A stretch of 64,000 nucleotides of DNA, taken from the NCBI GenBank assembly GCA_950097015.1, contig CATNEN010000030.1:4526001-4590000 (forward strand). The letters run 5' to 3'. This DNA comes from Macrostomum hystrix (Eukaryota; Animalia; Platyhelminthes). Below the pieces are notes generated by a model. The model was given only the letters and a program-made list of their open reading frames with translations, was not told the DNA's origin and made no database searches. Below, in pieces: positions 12,219 through 26,300 of this stretch. Positions within the stretch are counted from its first letter, which is position 1; each line of letters starts with the position of its first letter. Made by a program: the position numbers and the translations under genes.

Positions 12219-15200
12219 CCTCGTTGGTCAACAAATGATTTTGTATAGTGCAAAATAATAGTAGTTTTATTATTATTATGAGCTCACTATTATTATTATT
12301 ATATACGAGCGCCAAGTATTTAGGGGATTAAGCGTACCTACTGAGCCTAAAAGATCCAGCACTGTTCAACCCTTGCGAGGTTGCCCGCTCAACTCGGGAA
12401 CCATGCAGTTTATTGTTTAAAAATGTAATACACGTCCGTATAAATAGCAAAGCTTATTAAGCTTTAGTTTTATAAAGCCAAGTTTTATTGCCACCAATTT
12501 GTGTGGCATATGCTTTATTCCCTATTTATGAGTAAAACACAGCTTCCATATCAAGCGCAGGCACTTTACTAACATGACCATAATGACCTCAGGGTGGCTG
12601 GTGGGATGGTGCGATAAAAGCTACGTGGTTATGCTCATTAGCTACGTTTATATATAGTGCTCAAATTAGTGTCTTTATTGCTCACTTTGTCACTGAAAGC
12701 AGGTATTCGCGCAATCGTTTTTTATTTCAATGCCAGACTAACAATCCTTTCGATGCCTGACTGCAATGTGCTGGACTATCTAATGCAATTCTCCATCCAG
12801 TCAAATAGGACGTCAATATCAATTTAACTGATTGGCATATCTAATGTGCTGTTTGATCATGGGCTGTTATGATTGAATACGAAAATAGCAATTTCCTTTG
12901 CAAACAGGAAAATTAGAGAACTACAAGTTTGTATTGAAGCGCAGCTGTTAAATCCCTAGCAGCAATTGTCTGTCTCAGGTGCTGTTTCCTGGTCGACAGT
13001 CGATCAGGTGATTAAGCAACGTCGCCAGCTGGCCCTGATCAGACATTTTCACACAGGAGCTGCAGCTGCGACTCGCTCTTTTTTACCAGGGATTTAGCCT
13101 AGAAGAGGAAATCCGCAAGTGAATCTATGCTTTTTGGACCGAGTTTTGTTGCTCTGTCACTGGCAGATGTCCATATAGTGTAGCAAATAGAAAGTTTATA
13201 ACTAGTGATAGAACTATTGGATTCGTGGTATATGCATGCAGTTGAAAAAATACGGAATACTTCAGGCTTGACGACAAGTATCAAGATCAGAGCACACAGG
13301 TGTTCAATAAGCAGTCAAACTGGCGTTGGTTGACAATTGAAGTGGATGCTAGTTCTGCAAAGAATAAAGCACTTCTCAGTCCATTAGAAAGACTCAGTGG
13401 CTATTAGCTGCAGGAAAGAAGCCAAGAAATAGCTTTATTGATCAGCTCTCTGTCAGCCTTTCTTCATCAGGCATTACCCAGGCGCTGCGACCCGAAAGAG
13501 CAGAAGGCCCATCCTTCTGTGGCCTCCTTTCTCTCGCGGTTAGGCCAAGGAAATTGAAGCCCGCAGGCGGCGGTGTCAAAAAAAATTAAGTGGCCTCGAA
13601 GCGAGGTCGGAAGTGCACCAGGAGCAATTACGGGGACTTTGGCGCGAGGCGCGGGCGTGCAACGGAGAGCTAATTACATAGCAGGAAGAAGCGAACTCCG
13701 TGCTGCTGTTTTAAGTGGCTGAGAAAGTCGCCGATTCCTTCTCAGCTAATTAGTTTACTTTTGGTTAATTTGGTTTATTTGCAGCTGCAGAATCAAGTGG
13801 GGCACCTCTTGATCTCATTCCGACATCACATTAAGTCACTTTCTGGGCTTCATGTTTAGCTCAGTCAGTTTACTTGACTGGGTTGTAAAAATGACAATGA
13901 ATTCTTGATGAATCGATTGATTGAATAATTTATTGGGACATTGATGCTGCATTTTTTTCATTTACTAATGCAGCATTCAGCTATTGATTTAACAATTAAA
14001 AAAACAAAAAAAACTGAACTATGCAAGAGGGCTCTGTACTTTAGTATTACGCGCATCTTAAAAGCGAAATCGAAGGTTTTCGCGGTTTAAACTGATCCCA
14101 GCATTCGCTCTGAACAGGAGCTGTTGGTATCTAAGCAGAGCATTCGTCTGCATCGGCCCCAGCCCACAGAGCCCTCTAAGTGGCTGTTTGGTGCAAGGTG
14201 CCGGATCCTATGTGCCTTGCTTCCGCAGCCAGTTCAGCTGCCGCCGTTCTTCCTTCCCCTTCGCTGATACCTAATTATCCTCGCACTTTGCCCCAGGCTT
14301 ACCAGTAAAAGTCTAGGCAGTCCAACGATAAGAGGAGGATGAGAGGGGTGGACTGAGAGGGGTCGCTGCATCTCTCACATTTGCTGCGTGCAATTTACTT
14401 AATAAGTAAATAAGCTATGAAAATTTTGTCCTGGACGCAACACATCGCTTGTTGCGAAAATTGTAACACACGCAATGAACATTGTCGACTGTATCACTAA
14501 ACACTATAGCTGGAAAAACACCCCTCTCTTAGCTATGCCATCTTTGAGCCTTTTGTTTTTGTGCTATTATCCCTATCAAGAAAAAACAAATTATGTAAAT
14601 CAAAGCCAATTTACATCAGATACAGGGCTGAACCACAAAATACACTACAGACAGTCTCGAAAGTCTACTAAAAGTAGCGAGTAGCGAATGGATACGCAAT
14701 TTTCTTTTCATGTCGTCTCGTGTAATAAAATTACAATAGGTGTTTAAATTTAATTTCACCCGCAGAAAAAACTGCTTTTCTGTTTCGTAGACGAAGTTCG
14801 CCAGGTAATCGGAAACAGCACTAAACTGGGCATCTCAAAGCGAAGTTCGAATTCCTACATCAATACAGTAAAATTTGTTCACAAGGCTAGAGTCAAGAGT
14901 CAAGGCTAGAACTGCACACACAGCCAATAGCTCTATAGTGCTCCGCAGGACAGAATAAAGCAGTGACAGCAGACCAATGTCCTCGCGGGGGCCCACTGCC
15001 CAGGACAGGCATCTCAGGCTGAGGGGCCTGGGACAGAGGCGCCAGCCAATGAAGCAGCTCGGGCGCTGCACCGATAAAGCGGAGCCGCCGCAAGCCTGCT
15101 TGGAAGGTGCGAAGGCCGAGGGCGCCCTGGCCATTGGGGAGACTGAAATCTTCGCCACTCAAGCCTCGGCTCAGTTAAATCCCTTGAGCAACTATGAGAC

Positions 15201-17132
15201 TCCTGGCACACTCGCTAATCGAACAGCGACAACCCCGGTCTCCGCCACACCCGACACCTACCTGCCAGTCTCACCGTCATCCGACGCGCTGACTCAGTCA
15301 ACGTCTGACGAGCTCTCGCCTGTGCGCGAACTCGGGACAGCCCGCGCCCTGTCGAGCGTCTCAGAGGCTTCCGTCGATCGGCTGAGGAAAGTGGACTTCG
15401 CAGCGGTCATGTCGGGTGAGCTTCTGTGTGGAGTCTGTGCAGCCTGAGAGCTGGGCTTTGGAACCCAGGACCCTTTTCGTGGAGTGCCTAATAAGGTGGA
15501 ATTATTGGTGACCCAATGCTCCAAATTATTGGGGTGGGTGACCCGATTCCCAAATGATTGGGCGGTTGTTTGAACGGAATATGCAATAGGCACTGTCAAC
15601 ATAGGCAAAAACCAGTGATTAGGCCTTGTGGAGTGAAAACAGTGTCTTGAATGAACAAATGCCCAGCACTTCTTTGTCCTCTAGTCTTCACGATTGGCAA
15701 AAAGCGTTCATGCAGTAAATTATTGAACGCATCGTGCCAGCAAGTTGGTCCGGCCCGGTAATGCAAATGGGAGCCCGGTCTGCTACCGCATTGCGTGTAT
15801 TCATCTGGCTCCATTTCTCTATCATATTTGTCTCCCCACTCTAACAGAGAAAAAGTAGCTTGCTCATTGTCTAATGTCTGCTAGCGGTCGGACAAGCAGC
15901 CTCCTTCCTCAACTTGGAGATGAATAATGGAGGCCAAGATCTGAGGCTTTAGCACTGTAGGCAGGCAATAAGGGCTTCCTCATGCACCGCTTGTACAAGC
16001 TGGGGGCGTGGGGCTCACAGCTCTGAAGGGATACTACAAGAGCTGGGGCAGCTTCCCCTGTCCTATGCGGCTTAGCAGCATCCTTTGCGCCCAACCCACC
16101 CACCTGATAGCCCAGCAACCAACCCAGAATGCCCCCACAAGAGAAGAAAAGTGTTGTTTTGACAACTATCGATCATATTTGCACTCGAGAGGGGCTTTGG
16201 TGCGCTGAACAAACTTGAGCCAGTCAGAGAAGCAGCTCTATGCACTGGTCAGCTCTGAGATCCGAGCTCTGAGACTCTTCCATCACCCATCACCTTGCCC
16301 CAGAGAGAAGAAGCGGGCCAAGCCAAGGGTAAGCTGCGAATAATCCCCCCTTTGACAATCAATATCAGCTAATACTTCAAAGGAGCGGACGAAAGAATCT
16401 ATGTGTCTTAGCCCAGCCACTTTCCCCGTGTCTAGCCGGGCGTGACCGTCCGACTGTAGCGCATCCTGACCGGAATTGAACACCATTTGACTCATGACTT
16501 AGTCAATAAGCCATTATTTTTTAGACTTTTACTGGTCTAATGTTTTCTATATTCTCGTCTATTTGGACCTACGAGCTACAACTTTGTGGCAGATGCACTT
16601 TCTAATTAGAAAATGCTGATATGTGGCGCAAAACGAATAGTTTATTTTCGAGCCTGCTTTCAGTCCCGGAGAAGTTATTCACAGATAGATCAGCCGCCTA
16701 TGCATTGATAGAGCAGTGAGAGGGTTAGCGATAGGCGGGGACCTCGCAATCAATAAGAGCTGACTACACTCCCCTTCAAACCCATTTCGCATTAGTCCCC
16801 ATCGCAGCTACTGGGCAGCCCGCAGGCATTGATTAGGTGCATGGACAGAGTACGGTAGGGCAGCCGCAGAACGCGGTCTCAGGTCTGCGTAAACGAGATA
16901 TGATTAAATGACAGCAGCAATAGTCTGCCCATCACAATCACTGAGCTCATCAGGACCGAGCTCGACAGCTTGGGGGCAGGGGTCTGTGAGCTTTGATTTT
17001 CCAAATCGCATTCTAAAGTCGACCCGCTGAGGTTAATGATAGTCAGTTTAATTTCGCTTAGGTTGCTGATTGGCGGGCAAGACCTGTGGAACACGATTAA
17101 ACTGGGTCCCTGGGCATAGTCGGATATAATCG

Positions 17133-17976
17133 GTTTCTAGTAGGGCGGTTTCGATTCGGGCAGTTTCTAGTAGGGCAGTTTCTAGTCGGGCAGTTTCTAG
17201 TCGAGCAGTTTCTAGTCGGGCAGTTTCTAGTCGGGCAGTTTCTATTCGGGCAGTTTCTAGTCGGGCAGTTTCTAGTAGGGCAGTTTCTATTCGGGCAGTT
17301 TCTAGTCGGGCAGTTTCTAGTCGGGCAGTATCTAGTCGAGCAGTTTCTAGTCGGGCAGTTTCTAGTCGGGCAGTTTCTAGTCGGGAAGTTTCTAGTCGGG
17401 CAGTTTCTAGTCGGGCAGCTTCTAGTCGGGCAGTTTCTAGTAGGGCAGTTTCGATTCGGGCAGTTTCTAGTAGGGCAGTTTCGATTCGGGCAGTTTCTAG
17501 TAGGGCAGTTTCGATTCGGGCAGTTTCTAGTCGGGCAGCTTCTAGTCGGGCAGTTTTTAGTCGGGCAGTTTCGATTCGGGCAGCTTCTAGTCGAGCAGTT
17601 TCTAGTCGGGCAGTATCTAGTAGGGCAGTTTCGATTCGGGCAGTTTCTAGTCGGGCAGCTTCTAGTCGGGCAGTTTTTAGTCGGGCAGTTTCGATTCGGG
17701 CAGTTTCTAGTAGGGCAGTTTCGATTCGGGCAGTTTCTAGTAGGGCAGTTTCGATTCGGGCAGTTTCTAGTCGGGCAGCTTCTAGTCGGGCAGCTTCTAG
17801 TCGGGCAGTTTTTAGTCGGGCAGTTTCGATTCGGGCAGTTTCTAGTAGGGCAGTTTCGATTCGGGCAGTTTCTAGTCGGGCAGCTTCTAGTCGGGCAGTT
17901 TTTAGTCGGGCAGTTTCGATTCGGGCAGCTTCTAGTCGAGCAGTTTCTAGTCGGGCAGCTTTTAGTCGGGCAGTTT
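17133..17976. repeat. 15-bp minisatellite (GGGCAGTTTCTAGTC)n, about 56 copies
   Basis: The tandem array is directly visible, with recurring variants (TCGATT, TAGG, GCTT). Confidence 0.97.
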
Positions 17977-20315
17977 AATCATTTTGTGGTTTCTGAGTCA
18001 TGGTGCAAACATAGAAGTGCGAGCATGGGCAAAACGAGGAATTCATTGATAATAAGATAGCTTCATTTGTCTTTAAATGTCAGTCGGTTTCTCTGATGTG
18101 CCGTTTTCTTTACCAGCCCGCTCTGTCGTAGCCCCAAGAGAATTTCTTCGGCGGAGTCAACATCCAATCAAGCAAAAATATTGAAAACTAGTTTTCCTTT
18201 TGCTTTTTTCTTTCCACCAAAGGAAAACTTGCTCGGTGCCAAATTGCAGGAGCTTTGAACTGGAGGCCGAGGTCGAGAGGTTGGGATTCGAGGTCTCAGG
18301 AGACGAGCCGAGTTTTTCCTCTTCCCTCTCTATCCCATTCCTCCTCTATCCGCCAGGCCGCCGTTTCCTTCTCTTGAAAATAAAAATCAATAACTGTCTG
18401 AAAAGCATTTGGAATGAGTTTGAGCTCCGAGTGGCAGCAGGGATAGCGAATGGGAGCAAGGAATTGGTTGGGCCTGTCTTCCCGCGGGGTGGGTTAGGGC
18501 CTGCGCACGGTGGGTATTTGCGAATCTGCCTTTGCATCCAGGGTGCAAAATGAGAGGCGGAGAGAGCTGGAGACGAAGGTATCTCTTACAGGCCTGAAAC
18601 CGTCTGTGGCTGCTTGGCCTGGCAGAGTCAAGATTAATTCATCAATTCGTCAGAGCGCGGCACGCACAATGCGCCGCTTGTTAACAACGGCTAGGTTGGA
18701 TTGCTAAGGCACTTGCTGCTGCAAACTGACCTGCCTTGCTGGCACTTTGGCCTAATTGGAACTTACTCGAAAGAGCGCGCGAAACAAAGACAGGTAGAAG
18801 CTGCCACGACTGACCTCTCAAATCTTTTCTTCATATTCTTCCTCAATCCTTTGTGTTTCTGACAGTCTTCAAAATCGAGAAAAAGTTTATATCAGAAAAA
18901 ATTTTTGTGAGAGCATGTGGCAGAGCATGTCTTCATTCACTAATCTATATAGAGCAGTATCTTCTCACTCTCTCAACTATACTTCGCTAAATTTCCTGGG
19001 CATCTGCAGCACAGGCAAGCAAAGGATGCCACGCAGGAAGTGGCTCGCTCAGCAGGGACGTCCGTGTTGGCGCCGGATTCATTTTCTGGCCAGCTGAGAT
19101 TGCGAGTGAGATATGCCGGGGCGCCAAGTCGGCCTGAAAGATCCGCCGTCTGTGAAAGCACTTCGCTACCAACGACTCGGGCCGTCCTCGAATATTTCCC
19201 TTCGCTTCCCCAATTCCCTTAGCCTGCTCTCCTGCCCTGGTCCCGCATGCCGACTGTCCTCTCGAAAAATTCCACATCCCAGCCCTCATGTCCGCTCCCT
19301 CAATCATTTCCCTAGCAGACACACGGCAGGGAAAGTAGGCGGAGGAGCCTGCAGAGCCACTCTGAGAGTGGGAAGCAGCCCTCTCCGCCGGGAAAATCGG
19401 CTTAGGTTGGAGCGCTACCCCTTGAGCAGCGCATTCTCCATTTGCGACCCCTTCCACGCACGAAGAGCATAGTTTTTCTCCGGCTTTTCGCGCTGTTTTT
19501 TTAGTCCGGTTTTTATGCATGGCTTTTTTTTTAATGTCGCACAGATGCGCCTGTTCCCTAAACCGTTGGCTGGCTTTATTGAACAGCATTCTCATTTTGC
19601 AATGCTAGAGAACAGGACTTCCCTCAAATTCCTTCAAATCTGAGTTTCATGACTATTTCCTTTGTAAATGGCAGCAGGAAAATATTTTTTGCAAATGCGC
19701 ATAGGACTGCCCACAGTGCCCACTCTGTTAGTCCCTGGCAACCAAAAAAACATTCGTTGGGTTTGGCCCTTGGTATTCCAACGGAACCTCTGAAAGACTT
19801 GACTGAAGTAGATGAGGTAATTGACGTTTTTACCGGCAGTACGGAAAAAGTGGCTCAGTTCCCCAAAAAGTCATGGAAAAAGTGTCCTTAAAGAACCGTT
19901 TTCACTGTCCTTGGGGGATTAAGCATTAGTAGGGCTTTGCTCAGGCAGTGTGAGGAAGAAGCATCCTCTCCTAATCAACACTGATCCTGATCAACGTTCC
20001 GGGATTCAGGACGCAGGCGCTTGGTGCACTCCAAGCTCGCATGAACTCTTTGCTTGCAGTGCAGATGCTGAAGCCACGCCTAGGAGAGGCAGGCAATTGA
20101 GTCCGCAGTTTGATTAATTGTCTGTGCTGCCCTCTATTAATATGCTCCGCCATTGGTGTAACCCCAGCTCACTTGTGCTCCAGGTTTGTGCTCTGTGGTG
20201 GGGTGATTCAATCATGCTCTTGTTGGCAAATTACCTTCGTGTAGGGAATAGGCAGGGTGACTGAGAACTTGAAAAAATTCTCCAACGCTTGCTGCCCCAA
20301 CTGAGTTAAGAGTCT

Positions 20316-23300
20316 ATGATAAAAGCGAACCATTTCCGAACAGAATCCGAGGATCAGAGGCTGTTTAGCGGCTCGCCGGGGAATCCGGAGCGTTGCTGCT
20401 CAACCTCGGCCGCGCCCGAGCTGCAGCACGCGAGAACTGGCAGGGACAGCGAGGACGGCCTCGGCAGCGATGACAAACTGCCTACTGGAGGCATCCGCGT
20501 CGACAGGAACTGCGCTCGCACCGCGTTTGGCCCAACTGAGGAGCCGGTCATACGTTTGAAGAAGCTTGACAGCAGCCTGCGGTACTGTAAGCCGAGGATG
20601 TCCCTGCTAGGCAAGCCCCTCAGCCTGAAGAATGCCAGGCAGGACGCCAGGTACAGGCGGCTGCAGGCCAGGGTCTATAATTTCCTGGAGCGGCCAAAGA
20701 CCTGGCAGTCAATCACCTACCATGTTATTGTGTAAGACGGATTCGCCTCATGCTTTTGCACCAATAACAATAACAGCTTCCACGTACATATAGACCCTGT
20801 TTCAGCACCCAATATGTGAGTGCTATGCGTTGGGTGCTATGAAACGGTGGTTGCTATGATGTTGCGGGTGCTATTCGGAGGTCATCATGAAGGTACTCGT
20901 AGAATGCATGGGTCTTTGAGTTGGTGATAGATAACATCTGAGCATATTTTAGCATAGCATATTTGAAGCATAGCTGAATTTTGAAACGCTCGCTTAGTCA
21001 GGTTCTCTGTTTTAAACTACTAGTAAACAATAGCTAAGAATATGAACCTGAGCCCAGAACTGAGCTGAGATTTGATAACACTATCCCAATCAGGTTCGCA
21101 TCGGTGTTCATCTGCCTGGTGTTCTCCGTGCTGTCGACAATGAGCAATTGTGTGCGCGACACAGTATTAAAGCCTTCACTTGTGCCGGCTTCTCTAGTGC
21201 AGCCAACAGCCAACCCGGCCCTGTGCACGAAGTTCGCATTCAAGTACAGCGAGGTCGCCAGCGAGATTCTCTTCTATATGGTTAGCGGACCAGTCAGTTT
21301 CTGTAATAAAAAATCCGTCATAGGAAATGTGCAATCATGGTCTGTAAAAATGAATGTGCAATCAGGAATATACACTCAGCAACATTAAAAACCGCCACCC
21401 TAGAGCGAGGGAAACGATTCATCTCAACTCACTACCACAAATGACGCAATGTGCACCTGAGAGAGAGGTGAAAAACCGCGAATGATGCAATGCACTCTGC
21501 TCACCCACCCCGACTCCGTAACCAGAGAAACGAAAGAGAGTCAAACTACCTGACAGTAGCATAGAAAATTCGGGTGTGTTATTAAATAACAAATGTTGCT
21601 AGTACAAGCCGAACTTAATGTGCGAACTCATACAAAACTGTCAATAGCGCGTGTAGCAACCACGAACCTCAACCAGAGCGGAAACTCGGCGTGGCATTCC
21701 CAAAATTAGGCGCCGCAAGAAATTCTGAGGTAGCTGCTGCCATGCATTGGTCATAGCATGGCGTAGCTCCGCAAGATTCTGGGGCGGGGCATTTGACGCT
21801 GGATGGTGCGTTTCATGAAATCCCAAACATGCTCAATGGGATTCATGTCAGGTGATCGCGATGGCCACCGCAGAGTTCGCAAGTTCAGTTGCTCCTTCAG
21901 CTGAGCCACAGCGGCAGCTCGGTGCGGCGGGGCGTTGTCGTCCTGGAGAATGCAGTTCTGAATCCGCCAAATTCAGCATTGACAAAAGGCAGAAGATACA
22001 TTTGCTGTAAATTAGCGTAGACGCCTGCCGTTACATTTGAGTCCAGAAAGACAAGCTCTTGGCGTTCAACGTGATCCCCGCCCAAACATGCACCGAGGCT
22101 GACTGTCTGTCGGTGGCTTGAACGTGCTGTTGCAGCATTTCCTGCCGCGGCTCTCGCCAAACACGAAAACGCGACCGTCTGCCTGAAACAGGCGGAAGCG
22201 GCTCTCATCAGTGAATACGACGCGTCGCCATTGCTGCTGCCTCCAGTGAATTCGCTACATCGCCCACAGCTCTCGTGTGGCGCCGTGAGCAGGCGTCAGT
22301 CGGGGGCGCTTGCGCATCTTCCGGCAGCGCAGCCCAGCCGCCCAAATTCTCCGTCGAATTGTTTGGGCGCTCAAGATGTTCCCGCGCCTGCTTCTTTCAC
22401 CCCAGATGAGTCGAAGCAATGTGGCAGGTAAGGTGGGGTTTCCCCTCACAATTCGCAGCAGTCGCCAATCAGCCCTTGCTGCGCAGATGACGGCGCTGGA
22501 CTCCACGACTTGCGTGCGCGACACTGCCAGTGTCTCTGGACTTCTGCAGAAGGCTGCGAATCGTCGAGCGTGATCTGCCGAATTGACGGGCTACTGCTCG
22601 GATGGACATTCCGGCCTCAAGCATGCCTATGGCTCGCCATCGTTCACCATCGGTCATGTGGCGGACCATTTTGGAGATAACGAGTAATACTGGTTACTCG
22701 TTAGCTGCATTTTGACTGAGTGTGCTAAATCATCCATTTTGAACTTCGTGATAACCCGTTACCCACCCCACTCTCCCACGGTAGCTCTCCTTGCAGTCAG
22801 GTGCACATTACGTAATTTGCGGCAGTGAGTTGAGATCAACCATTCCCCTCGCCCTAGGGTGGCGGTTTTTAATGTTGCTGAGTATATATATTCTGACATT
22901 GTCTAGCTTGGTTAGAGGAATTAATAGTTTTTGCAGGAGGGCTGTGGGAAACGGCACATTATTTGGTGAATGTGCCTGCAGCCAGCGAGGAGGCAATTCT
23001 GCCCATTTCGCTCACTCCTGCGCACACACGCACACGGATAATTTACAGAGACATACGCTAACATAGGTGTGTACATCTGTCACGACTTTCTAATCGTCAG
23101 GCAGTGTCTGGGAGGTAGATTGGTCCTCAAGGGCGCAAATTGCACGACAAGCCCTCAAGCCTTCTCTCCGCGGCTGCGCCTCAAATGAATGCCGCGGAAT
23201 AGAGCTCAGGGACCTTGGTGCGAGAGGCAAACGCGTTAACCGCCCTGCCACTCACCCCCTTGGTTAGGGTGGACGGGGCTTGCATTGGGCGGAGTATGTA

Positions 23301-26300
23301 CTCTCGCTCTGTACGCTTGTGGGCCAACAGAATTTAGGTTTCGCTGCCTTGTCTTCATCTTACTATTTGGACCGGAATCTGTGAAAAGGTAATCTCGACT
23401 TTGATGCGAAGTTTCTCAGTAAGCTAGACGTCAAAGTGGGAGAATTTCATTGGGAGATTTATCATCATAGCCGTGCCCTTAATGCCCATCTGACCACAGG
23501 AAACCGGCATGTTGTTCTGGTTCTTCACCGAGTACTGCTTGCGAATGTGGTCCGCGGGCTGTCGCAGTCGCTACCAAACATGGCGCGGCCGCCTCCTATT
23601 CGCCAGACGGCCCTTCTGCATCGTGGGTGAGCTGCGATGCCTTCAACTTTATCGAGCATTCCCTGCTGCGGCCTGCAGTCGCCTGGACAAAGTGCAGTGC
23701 ATAAACACAGCGAACTGGCTTGAATCCAGAGTTGCGCACAGGCCCGAGGGGATAAGGGATCAAACCTTGTCATAAATTCTGTCTGCCTTTTTAGACATTT
23801 TCGACTGGACACCTATCGTGTAGCTATAAAAGTAAATTTGCTTCAAGCAATCTTTCCTGCCACTCTGCCTCTCACACCAGAGAATATTTGCGTATTTCGC
23901 CTGTTTCTCAAAACCGCTCGATGTAACTCCCTTTATCCTGTCCTCCTCCGCCTTCCGTCAGGCCCACTTTCAGGGAGAAATCCTGGAAAACCGTCTGGCT
24001 CCACTCCGGCTGTCAGTTTTTTGAGCCCTTAGTCTGAAACGCTGCTATATGGATTTTCGATCTGGAAGGCTGTTTGAGTAGCGAGTGGGAATTCCAGAGC
24101 AATATCATACTTAGCACCGCTCTTTGACTGCATGAAAACTGTCCATCCCTAAAAGTGGAGCGCTTGCATCAATAATTTGTCCTGATGTGTGTGAGCCCAC
24201 GCGAGGCAGCTGTTGTGCCCGCCGCATTTCAGTACCGATGGGCCATTCCTGGATGGCCATCTGCAACTGAGCAGCCGAGAGAAATATTTATGACGATGAT
24301 TTTCGCCCAGCAGTGAGTTCCCAATTAGCCCAATAAACCTCATTGCGACGTGGGGATGGGTGTGGATGAATATGGGTCCCGAGTTTGAGCAGTCGCTAGC
24401 TGACCGGAAGTACGAATTTCCTGTCATGCCAGGTTGCGCCTACGGAGGGGCTATCATTACTCTGCCAATTATGTCTGCAGTGAAATAAGCATGTAATCAC
24501 TGGACTCACTGGTGCTAAATTGAGTAGGAAATGTGTGAAAGTCAGCAAAAAGCTGACAAGTGCTGCGACCCAACTAGATTCACATCAGTTTTGCAGAAAT
24601 CGCTCCAGCTACCGAAAAGGGTGTACAGAGTAGCGCTTCGAAAATAATGCACCACGTACAGGACAACTTTACCAAATGCTAAATTAATAAATCTTTAAAG
24701 TAGCTTCTAATTATAACATACGAGTAGTTTTCTCCGCGGAAATCATATTCCTACTTGCCATAGCCCGCCGATCAAGAAATTCCGAAATTTCCGTATTTAG
24801 GAATTGAATTGCATTGCCAGAAATCACATTGGATCTTTTGAAATTCCTTTGAATCTCTCAACAACAACAATGTACCCAGCTTAGTTAAGACTATGGCGTT
24901 GCCGTTAAGTCTTAGCGTTAAGACTATAAGAATAATATATTAATATTCTAAGAGACAGTCGCAGCTGGTGCATCTAAATGCACCACACCCACCCTAAATC
25001 AGCCAAGTTAATGCTGGTAACCATTTTTAACAGCGAGTGATCTGAAGCAATGCTAAGTGTCCGGCTAAATAACACAAGCTGTTCCAGTGGAGTCTGCAAT
25101 CGAACCCCAGACCTTTAAGCCGTGAGTCCAACGCTAGCTCTCATCACTAGGCTAAAACCCCCAAATGTACCAGCCATAATACGTTCGTGCCAGAGTAGAT
25201 CTCCCGTGGAGAAGACATGGACACGAAATGAGTAGTCATATCACTGGGTCGTCCAGATTACTGGAAGAAAAGCACGGATCAATGAGGTCCCTGGCAAACC
25301 TCAAGTTCTTTAGATCAATGAAGCCCCATGAGATCCTCTGGTTTGCCATGCTCCATGAGATGCTTTTAAAATGCTTTATTCGCAACCACATGTCTCGCGT
25401 GCCAAGCCAATGCCACTGGTTTCAACCTTGTTTCCTTAATTTTAATGACTTTGAAGCTGAGCGTGGCAGCCTGGCAACACAGCTGCTACCAGTGATTTGG
25501 TGGATCATTAGCACACCAAGAAATCCGATGCAGATTCAATAAATTTGCTAATTCTGGGCTCTCAGGTTTCAGTTGCCTAATTTACCATGCCTGATTGAAA
25601 CGAAGGACAATCACACAACAACCAATGAAACCGGTTGTAACCATGATTGTGCGGGCCTTTTGCAGAACTAAGAGGTATTGAAATGGCTATTTTTTAGGAT
25701 TTTGTGAAGATGGAAATTTTTTAGTTATGATGTTTTTAAAGTGTTTGCTTTCTATGATTGAAAATTTTTCTTGCTTCCAACTCATGAACTTATGACCAAA
25801 TAACAAATCAAAAGATTAATTTGCTGATGATGATTATAATATTATGTACTAGGAGAGAGCTAATATATCTTATGTCTCTCTTGACTATCCCACACGGGAG
25901 CAACATCTGAACTGATAGAATAATTTAAATGATTTTTCCATGAATTGCCAGAGGCAGACTGGCACAATGTCCGGACACAGGGTATCCGAGTATTTAACTC
26001 AACCAGTCGGGCGGGCATGCAGTCTCTATGCAGATTCTCATGCAGTAAAGTGCAGCCGCTGACAGCCTATCGGTAAGACGGGTCTTTGCTGAGTAGATGG
26101 TTGGGGCGTCACGAGCGCCCAGCTCACCATCTAGGCCTCACCTATGGCTAATAGCCCTGCACGCGCTCGCAGCAGCTCAGACGCAAGCACATTTTTGCTA
26201 ATAGAAAATCTCTCAGACCATCGTCGATACCTTCATACTCGAGGGATCTGGGGAGATCTAGCGTGAGGATTTTTAAAGAGTTGGGGGGCTCGAGGGAACG

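Noticed and set aside
13440-13560. Possible hammerhead ribozyme or Penelope end (CTGATGA on the minus strand, nearby hairpin cagaagg-cccat-ccttctg)
   Set aside because: There is no stem II followed by GAAA and no stem I/III pairing. Other CTGATGA/CTGACGA hits (15305, 31098, 43935) also fail.
18200-19900. ORFs upstream of KCNQ as additional N-terminal exons
   Set aside because: The region is GC-rich and could be promoter or 5' UTR, but I found no homology or phase-consistent splice path.
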